Source: Tetramitus jugosus (Eukaryota > Protista > Heterolobosea). Taken from it: a DNA stretch of 64,000 bases. The notes beneath the pieces were generated by a model that worked only from the letters and a program-made list of their open reading frames with translations, searched no databases and had not been told where the DNA came from. A program made the translations under genes and the position numbers. Positions 56,114-64,000 of the stretch are shown piece by piece (within the stretch, counting starts at the first letter, position 1; each line of letters begins with the position of its first letter). The stretch is from NCBI GenBank assembly GCA_937625935.1, contig OW569374.1:62001-126000 (forward strand), written 5' to 3'.

Positions 56114-56216
56114 CCAAAAGAAAAGAGCGCGACTTTGCTTGTAACGAAAAATGTCTTTACAAAAACGATGAAGCGATTACAGTAAAATGAAACGAAAAAT
56201 AAAATAAAAGTAACGT

Positions 56217-57709
56217 TTAATAGGGCGAATGTTCAACAGTATTTTTCTGTAGATAATCTTCCAGTGTCTCCATCATTCGATCACTCGAGTGTATTTCAGT
56301 GTCAGACATGGCCATCATCTTTTTAGTATTCTTCTTCATTCCCTCATGTGTGGCCGTTCCACGCTTTGTAATCAAAAAGTTATACACGGTAGCAGGAATT
56401 GATCCCTTCAAATCTATCCAAGCAGTTTCATAGTACTTACACCGGGTGTTTTCATCGTTTGCTTGTTCGATGATTACACCACAGATTCCTTCACCTCGAA
56501 TGGTTTTGTTCTTGGATGAAGGTGGCTCAATGCCCTGAATCGTCTTTCTCAAGAAAATATATCTCTTCCAGTTCAAGTATGAAAATGTTTCCATCTTGAG
56601 TGAACTCGAGAAGACAAACTCGCGGTCAGACATGATTGGAAATCGATATCTTTCATGTGTGATCGTACTCGAGTACTTGCACTTGTCACTCTTCCTGTAA
56701 TCAAGGAATTTTTGACCGGCAAAGAGATTGTCTGTTTGAGCACGAATCTCAATCGCAGCAATCGTCTTCAATAACAGTTCTGGCGAAACTGGTAAATATC
56801 CTATTGTTTTCTGAAGTTTGATGCTCTTGCCTTCGTAGCCAGCAAGCTTCGTACCATTTGTCGAAACAAAAATGGCCACTTCTTCATTGTTCAACACACG
56901 TTTCCACTTGTTGTCATCAGTGCTCGATTCAGAGAGACTCCACCTCTTAAACGTCTCAAACTCAAAATCAGTAAACAGCGGAGTATTCACATTGAATGAA
57001 TTAATGGTTGATCGTTCAGACTTGGATGTTGAAGACTCTGTGCACGATGATGTGTCATCTGCTGCAGTGCTGTTCCGACTGGCAATCGGTTGGAAAAAGT
57101 GTGGACACTTGGTCAATAGCTCTTCACAGGCAAGTGATGGCACAAACGACTTCCATATCTCGTCCTTGAGTTGAATCATGAGAATGCTGGATGCGGATTC
57201 AAACAGTGTTTTGGAGCAATGTTCCTTGCTGCATGATTCCAGGAATTGGGCATGAAGTGTCTCTATGAGTGCAATGGGAATTTGGTTGTGTAGCTTTGTG
57301 TTGACTTCAATGTTTTTTGATTGTTGTTGTTGTGTTTGTTGCTTATTGTCATTGCTTTTTGGCAAAAACTTTTCAAAAATGTCTAGAGCTTTCCTGTATC
57401 GGTTAGGATGAGATTTCAGGTTGGAATACTCTTCTGCCATCTCGATAAAGTTGGCCAAATCTGTACGAACACAAAATAGTCATGGCGGCATATTATTGTA
57501 AAACGTCAACAGTTGAAGTGTCAGTCAAAAAATTTTCGACATTGGGGAAAATTCGAATCGAGTCATTTTAAAAACGTACCTGCAGCGTTCACCGTTTCCA
57601 GATATTTAATGAAATAGATTTTCGCTTGTTCATCGTCAAACACATTCTCCAACGTTAATTCGAATCTGTGTGTACTGCCGTTATTGTCGTTGGATGCGAT
57701 TGTTGTCAT
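56217..57709 (-). CDS. RGS-like domain fused to START lipid-binding domain, 2 exons, ~457 aa
   Basis: Exons 57709-57580 and 57460-56217 join in frame (1374 nt; GTACGT..TACAG). RGS-like LTLENVFDDEQAKIYFIKYLETVNAADLANFIEMAEEY..ALDIFEKFL..LFESA..QLKDEIWKSF. START WKRVLNNEEVAIF, FPIMSDREFV, IRGE, IDLKGSIP. Confidence 0.8.
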
Positions 57710-58140
57710 TTTTTAAAAATTTGAATGGGAGACACTTCAATAATTTCCCTGTGTGTGGTAAATGTCGCGAGGTGAGAGATATTTGAGATTATGATGATAT
57801 TGGATTGGATTGTTGTTTGTTTTGTTGCTTGGTGGTGCGAATTTCTTGGCAGAGAGAGAATCGTGACACAACAAAAGAGGATTCTTGAAGGTCAGGGGTC
57901 AGCTTTAGCAGCTGGAGACCACCAGAAGAAGTTCGCACCCGCTTTTTTGGGTAAATCGGTTCCAATTGAGCTCAACAGATGACGATGACAACTGCGGTGA
58001 CACCGATATCGGCCAAAAAAATAATGACGGAGAATTTATGAAGTGAGATATAAATTACTTGGTTCGGAGATCAAAAATTGAACCTTTGGCAGTTTTTATC
58101 CTCTTGTGTGATGGTGCAAGAAACGCTTCCGAAGACAACC

Positions 58141-59210
58141 ATGAATTCGTCACCTGCACCACCCCAGAATGAAAAATTTGTTACCATTTCCCTCCTACTC
58201 ATTCTCAATGCCCTTCTGGTATTGTGTGTTGGAGGGACATCTCACGTCACCCAAAACACAGTAAGTATTCGAACACACACAAAGGAGTTCCTGTGGTTAA
58301 TCTTTGATCATTTGTTTTTGAATCATTATTGGGCAAACTAATGCACTTTAGAAAATGATTATTTTGTTTGTTTGCAGTGCCATCAGCATTTTGAGCAGTG
58401 TCTCCTTTTTCTTCAAATTCAGAACATACCATTTACTTCGAGTCAATACAAGAGAGGAGTCCAATAATGCTGCGTGGCTCTGTCCACGACAATGCTACAA
58501 TACCAATCAAAGAGATCTTGCCTCTGCAAAAGCTGTAAGGGAGTTCTACAATTCCCCTCAGGACGAGCTGAATGGTTCAATGATTGATTCTCCTCATCCA
58601 AAGATCAGGTATCGATTGGATAAGTGGGAGTACGAACCTGGGAGAAGGAGATTTTTCTGCTTTTTCAATCCAATTTCAGTGGTCGGTTTGACAATTGTTC
58701 AATACAATTGTCTAGATGATCAATACAAGCTAACGTTGGTTGTGTTTAGTGTCATTCATAGCTTGATGGTAAGTTTGTGTTTTCAATGTTTAGGTACCGA
58801 AAATGAACTTATACTATTTTCTGTAGATGCATTTTATGACGAGAAGATATGAAACGAGTCAAATTCATCAGATGTTGATCAATAATGAAGCCATGTTTGA
58901 ACAGATGAGAACAAGTGATGTTGTCTGGAACACTGCTTCTCATCTTGTCTTAAAGAAGAGATCCAATCCCTACTTGCCGACATTGGAGTTAAACTCAATC
59001 GCAAATGTACCTACTTATGTCGATGATTCTTATGTTCCAACATCGGCAATGGATTATGATGATATGGACGAGGACGACGACTTTGAAGTCCACGAGGACA
59101 CTGAGAAAAAATTAGAGATGAGAAGGAATTCTTTGGCTCAAAGAGAGGAATTTATGCAGTGCCAAAGAGAGATTAACCAGGAGATTCAGCAAGCTCTCTC
59201 AAACTACTAA
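58141..59210 (+). CDS. Four-TM protein resembling nuclear rim protein Nur1/Mug154 (DUF2418), 3 exons, ~306 aa
   Basis: Exons 58141-58260, 58352-58768, 58827-59210 (phase 0 GTAAGT..AG introns). RTYHLL, KWEYEPGRRRFFCFFNP and IHQMLINNEAMFE recall the Nur1 pattern. Gene model is firm; family call is tentative. Confidence 0.55.
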
Positions 59211-59396
59211 GACCAGTAAAGATCTTTCTGTTGATTCGATAGATGATTTATTCCTATTTCAAACAATTGTCCTATCCTATGACCATATTTGTCGTTTCCC
59301 TCGTCTGTCAAATTGTGCAGCATCGGATAACCCCTTGCTTTTGTTGAACATCCAAACAAACTAACAATCTCCCTGTTCATCTTCTATTAATCATTG

Positions 59397-62300
59397 ATGA
59401 AAAAGGAAAGGATGGTTACTCCAAGATTCATTTCAATTGTGAGTTGTCTGTTATTGATTCTCATTGTGTCACAGTTTCACACTGGCTCACTAGTTTCTTG
59501 TTCTGATGAGTGGGAAGCGTGGAGATTCTTCACACCAATAACCAATGTGACAACTGAGTATACTCCGAACAGCAGAGAGGGTATCTTAGCTAGTGCAACA
59601 CTAGATGATATGGTTTACTTTGTTGGCTACTTGGACGATTCTAATCGTTCTATCGTTGGGGGCCAGAGCTACAATTACCCATCTACCTCCACATTCTTGG
59701 GCAAAATGGATTTGACAACTGGGGATGTTATCAAAATTGTTCAGATTGGTATCTACGAGAGTAGAAGTTGGGCCTTTTCCAATATTTACATCGATCAGGG
59801 TACTATATCTGTTACAGTGTCTGTTTACTGCAATGGAAGTACTGCAACAGAGTGCAAGTTTATGGTTGATAATTCCACGGTAGATAGTGTGACTTATCGT
59901 GCTGGATACATATTTGTTGGACAATTTACTACCGAATTGAAGTATTTAGGACACAAGGGTCTCGAGAATCAAGATGGTGGTTTGTATAGTCATGGACTTG
60001 TCAGTTTTCAATCTAAGAGTGTGGACGAGCAACATGTGTATATCTTGGCATCATACAAATGCCCTGCTGCAGCAACAAGTATTATCATCGATTCATTCAC
60101 TCTGAATTGTCAAGGTGGCACAACCCAAACAGCTCTAATCGTGCTCCAAAATCTCTCATTAGTTGAGAGGATTACTAATTACGTATCTGAACCTGGATAT
60201 TGTAAGCCAGGTGGATTGGCAATTGATACCACGTCAGGAGATTTGTACATTAGTATGACAGCTTCCATTTCTGAAAAATTCGTTCGTAATGGTGAAGTCA
60301 AACGAGATCCTGGTTATCTTATTAATTCCTTAATATTTCTCGAGATCCAGACCCAACTAGGAAACTCCACGTTTCTTTACGAGGAAAGAAGTACAACAAC
60401 TGCAGTAACTTCACTAGTACTAGGAAAAGAAGGATTTTATTTGGCTGGCACATTTAGTGATTCCCCACCATTCGCTTCAGAGGTTTCTGCTTGGGTGATT
60501 TCTGGTGGTTTTGTTTCTTATTTTAATTCGTCTTTGGTCGTGATGTGGACCAGAGTTTTAGGTGTAGAATTACTGATCACTGATCTTCCCACAGTCATAC
60601 AAGCGAGTGGTGCTGACGGAGGTATATTTCTTTCTGTTTCAACTTCATCTCAAAAGTTGATTGTTTATCAGCCGAACGGAGACATTATCAGAGAAGTTGA
60701 TCTCTCTGGACGTTCTTACACCTGGATTGTGTTTCTAACCGATACTGGTACAACGACACGTGAGAATATTTTAGAGGGAAGCCAAGGTCAAGTGTATAGA
60801 AGTCTTTCATCAATGACAAATTCCCTGCTCATTTCTGGATCATTCTCCAATCCTGGAGACTACAGTGGAAGAGGAGCGTTTATTGGCGAGTGGAACTACT
60901 CTCCTATATGTGATGGAGGATGTCACAATGGAACTTGCGAGAGAGATAATTATTGCAACTGCGATCCAGGATATTTAGGGAACGATTGCTTAAAGATCTC
61001 GTGCTTTGGGGTTTTATCTGAAGACCCATATGTGTGTTCTGGTAAAGGTGTATGTGAAGGTCCAAATACATGTGATTGCTATCCTGGCTATTCAGGTCAC
61101 GTGTGTGCTATAGAGCGGGATCCATTTGAGATTATAGTATCGAGTAATGGCAGTGGGATTTCCTGTATGATACCAAGCTACTATCCAGAAATCCTTTCAG
61201 GAATTCCTGTTTTTAATTTTACATGGCTTTTCATCCAGAATGGTGTTATTGCTGAGAGAGTTCCAATAGTTGGTCCTTCAGCTCTAGTATACTCACCTAC
61301 ACCATCAAAGATACACAATGGGGCTTACTCAATAGTTGGCGAATTGTATTATGAGGTATTAGGAAAAACCAGGTTTCGCAACTTGACTGTAACTGGCTTC
61401 GCAAGTTGTTCGATTTGCTTCTCTAGGCCTTCTATTAATTGTAGATATTCCTTAACACTGAGTAATAACATCAAAAACGAATCAATCACATCAATTAATC
61501 GAATGAAGAGCTATGAGGTAGCTTTAGTCAATCAAGATCTTGCCATCAACAATGTGATTTCTGGCCTCCAGCTCGAATGGCTGAGCTCAATCAATTCGCG
61601 TAAGACTAACATCCAAGTGACGTCTTCGAATTATTCGAACTCATTCATTTTATCTCCACTTGATTCTACAGGAATGAATCCCATTGACATTAGTATCACA
61701 CTGCGATTGAAGATTCCTTTCTTGGAGTGGCAAGTGATATCGTTCAAGTTAAAGATCCTCGCTTCAAAAGATATCACACCTACTAACACAATTCCCTTAA
61801 CAATTACACCACAGGAAGGTTACAGTCTTACAGACAATTTTGGTATTCAAGCCACAAATTGGGTAGGGAGCAGGTTGATCTATTCCTTTTCATATCTGGA
61901 TCTCTTCACAGGAGAATATGTGAGACTCGGGGAATCAACTTCTTCATCGATCACTACTGTCCTTCCCCCAGGTAATCATACCAATTCTGGTTTATCAGTT
62001 CGCGTTAAAGTATTGGATCCAGATAATGGAGACTTTGGCTCAGCTGAGCAGAAGATTATTGTGAAACCTGCTTTTGTTGCGGGTCTCTTATCACAGAAGT
62101 TGGATGAGTCGATAGAGAGCGGCAATTATACAACCACACTAACGATAGCAAGTCAAATTAGAGGAGCAACCGTCGAAGAGATAGAGGCGAATTCTAGTGA
62201 ACTCAAAGATGTTGTTCGTAGAATTCTTGATTATACAGCCACAAGAGTTGTACCTGACCCTGTCTCGATAGAGCAACAACTCCTTGTTGTTGATATGATA

Positions 62301-64000
62301 ACCAAGAATCATATTATCATGTCGAATCAAGATAAGGGAACTGCTCTCGATATCGCTCTTAACATAATCAACATTGATCGAGCAAACATATCTATCTCAT
62401 TTGTATCGAGCAGCGGATATCAGAAGGTTACAAATATCATTTCAAATGTTGCTCAAAATGGATTTACGAACAGAACTGTTGCAGAACAAGCAGTGCAAAC
62501 AGGAGAAAACTTGGCCAAGTTAATTGCGTCTGGATTGTTCGTTGGCGAGTCTCCCTCTATGTTCGTTGCCACTAATTTCAAACTTACTGTGGTCGTTGAT
62601 CAGACGTCGAGTATAGTTAACAAGTCGATTCAAACGAATGGTGGTACGATTGATTCGTTTTACATTCCGGTTCAGTTTACCGCTGATGTGGGTGAAGATG
62701 CTGTGTCGTCCTCAATTTTGGTTTTTCAGGATAATCCTTATGAGATAAGGCCAGATGGTACTCCTTCTTCAGGTGTATCAAGCCCTGTAATTGATATCAA
62801 ATTTAATAACTTGGATGGTGCTTTGCTTGCAGTGGCCAATCTGACCCAACCCCTACTCATCCATTTCAATAGAACAAAAGCCAAACAGCAAGGAGCTTGT
62901 CCAGAGGCCACGTTCCAATGTCGATATTGGAGTGAGTTAGAACACAGCTGGAAAACAGATGGATGTTACTGGATAGATAACGAGAATGAAGACTACATAT
63001 CGTGTGCCTGCAACCATACGACCAGTTTCTCAGCCTTTGTACTCGAAAAAGGTGATTCTTGTGTCGCTTATGCAGGTATTAAGATAACTGGTATCGTGTT
63101 TAATTCCATGTACTTTATCACCTGCATACCTATTTTGATTGGATTGTTTTTAATAAGCCAGCAACAACCCATGAGATCCAGATTTATAGCTCCCTTTATC
63201 GGTATTAGTGCAATCATTGTTGATAGTGTTGTTCAGGGATTGATTCGTAATTCACTATCGTTGGCACGAAAACAAGACGCATCAGATGCATTCTCATATG
63301 TTATCATGTTGACCGCCAACCCATTATTCGTGACAGCTTTATTTGTGTTCTTATGGCAACAGGTGAGGTTTCTATTGATGCAAAACATCTATTACTTGAT
63401 GCCATCAGCAAACAATTCATTCCAAAAGAAATTCATTCGTTTGAATCGAATACTAGCATCAAAGGCACTATTTCTGATTGTGACCTTGTGTGTCGGATCA
63501 TTGGTGCTTGCTTGTTTTGCCGTTCTAGTGGGCTTCGCAGCTCACTACAATAATACTGGAGCTGTGGAGAAGAGGAACACCGTTGTAATAGTTCAGGCAG
63601 TGTCATTTGCTGCGATGTTAATCTTAGTGTCATTGGGAATACTTTTTACTCTCATTGTTGATATTGTCTACTCAGTCAAGCAAGAATCTGCTTCGAAGAA
63701 AACCTTTGAAGATCATGCAAGCGAGCACAATCAACAAGTTCATGTGAAGAAGACCAAAGGACTAGGTCTGATGAAGAAGCACTTTATCAATGATCCATTA
63801 CTCTTTAGGACTGAGTCAGTCATTATCGTGATCGCTGTATTCGTAATCATTGTTCTCTATTCGATTGGTATTGCAACCATTATCGAGATGTCCAGAGCAA
63901 AGTCGCCAATTATGATTGTTCGAACAGTCATTGAAATCATACTCATGTTCACTAGGATCTTTGCATTCGGAGGATTTATCTTTGTGGTCAGTGTCAAGAG
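59397..64000 (+). CDS. Large adhesion-GPCR/polycystin-like receptor: signal peptide, beta-rich region, 2 EGF, REJ-like, GAIN/GPS, 7TM (partial, >1530 aa)
   Basis: Start, EGF, REJ, GPS and 7TM segments translate in the same frame, and the track reports no closed ORF in that frame. EGF repeats 60909-61106 (CDGGCHNGTC..CNCDPGYLGNDC; CFGVLSEDPYVCSGKGVCEGPNTCDCYPGYSGHVC). REJ-like ITPQEGYSLTDNF..W..LIYSFSY..VLPPG from 61803. GPS CRYW..WKTDGC..CACNHTTSF 62919-63029. Seven hydrophobic helices about 63085-63995. Confidence 0.88.
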   Translation, partial: MKKERMVTPRFISIVSCLLLILIVSQFHTGSLVSCSDEWEAWRFFTPITNVTTEYTPNSREGILASATLDDMVYFVGYLDDSNRSIVGGQSYNYPSTSTFLGKMDLTTGDVIKIVQIGIYESRSWAFSNIYIDQGTISVTVSVYCNGSTATECKFMVDNSTVDSVTYRAGYIFVGQFTTELKYLGHKGLENQDGGLYSHGLVSFQSKSVDEQHVYILASYKCPAAATSIIIDSFTLNCQGGTTQTALIVLQNLSLVERITNYVSEPGYCKPGGLAIDTTSGDLYISMTASISEKFVRNGEVKRDPGYLINSLIFLEIQTQLGNSTFLYEERSTTTAVTSLVLGKEGFYLAGTFSDSPPFASEVSAWVISGGFVSYFNSSLVVMWTRVLGVELLITDLPTVIQASGADGGIFLSVSTSSQKLIVYQPNGDIIREVDLSGRSYTWIVFLTDTGTTTRENILEGSQGQVYRSLSSMTNSLLISGSFSNPGDYSGRGAFIGEWNYSPICDGGCHNGTCERDNYCNCDPGYLGNDCLKISCFGVLSEDPYVCSGKGVCEGPNTCDCYPGYSGHVCAIERDPFEIIVSSNGSGISCMIPSYYPEILSGIPVFNFTWLFIQNGVIAERVPIVGPSALVYSPTPSKIHNGAYSIVGELYYEVLGKTRFRNLTVTGFASCSICFSRPSINCRYSLTLSNNIKNESITSINRMKSYEVALVNQDLAINNVISGLQLEWLSSINSRKTNIQVTSSNYSNSFILSPLDSTGMNPIDISITLRLKIPFLEWQVISFKLKILASKDITPTNTIPLTITPQEGYSLTDNFGIQATNWVGSRLIYSFSYLDLFTGEYVRLGESTSSSITTVLPPGNHTNSGLSVRVKVLDPDNGDFGSAEQKIIVKPAFVAGLLSQKLDESIESGNYTTTLTIASQIRGATVEEIEANSSELKDVVRRILDYTATRVVPDPVSIEQQLLVVDMITKNHIIMSNQDKGTALDIALNIINIDRANISISFVSSSGYQKVTNIISNVAQNGFTNRTVAEQAVQTGENLAKLIASGLFVGESPSMFVATNFKLTVVVDQTSSIVNKSIQTNGGTIDSFYIPVQFTADVGEDAVSSSILVFQDNPYEIRPDGTPSSGVSSPVIDIKFNNLDGALLAVANLTQPLLIHFNRTKAKQQGACPEATFQCRYWSELEHSWKTDGCYWIDNENEDYISCACNHTTSFSAFVLEKGDSCVAYAGIKITGIVFNSMYFITCIPILIGLFLISQQQPMRSRFIAPFIGISAIIVDSVVQGLIRNSLSLARKQDASDAFSYVIMLTANPLFVTALFVFLWQQVRFLLMQNIYYLMPSANNSFQKKFIRLNRILASKALFLIVTLCVGSLVLACFAVLVGFAAHYNNTGAVEKRNTVVIVQAVSFAAMLILVSLGILFTLIVDIVYSVKQESASKKTFEDHASEHNQQVHVKKTKGLGLMKKHFINDPLLFRTESVIIVIAVFVIIVLYSIGIATIIEMSRAKSPIMIVRTVIEIILMFTRIFAFGGFIFVVSVK

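Overview
Gene-dense eukaryotic nuclear DNA from a protist. It is most consistent with a heterolobosean (Naegleria-like) amoeboflagellate; this is inferred from a divergent mitotic-type alpha-tubulin, multi-domain RGS proteins, an EGF/REJ/GPS/7TM receptor and the ciliary gene RP2. About 30 protein-coding genes are present, and I reconstructed 15 GT-AG introns that join ORF-track fragments in frame. Housekeeping genes include PCID2, RP2, CHD1, ARPC2, PIG-X, a SAPS protein, a MAPKKK, DPP4, a MATE transporter, a pfkB kinase and a MAPK. RNA genes missed by the ORF track are two identical, convergent 5S rRNA genes (47972-48090 +, 50144-50262 -) and an initiator tRNA-Met (52144-52216). Two multi-pass membrane ORFs run off the window edges and are also absent from the track (1-603 -, 59397-64000 +). 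The most notable content is a set of unconventional G-protein regulators: a two-TM CHASE4-HAMP-PAS-RGS chimera (bacterial-style sensor input wired to an intact RGS GAP domain), an RGS-START fusion and a polycystin/adhesion-GPCR-like receptor. Other observations: a twin-TGGCGCCA element shared by two unrelated introns, a shared upstream motif on the 5S genes, a block of three intronless bacterial/viral-like genes, and a gene broken by a single-base frameshift. No database searches were run; family assignments are from motif recognition.
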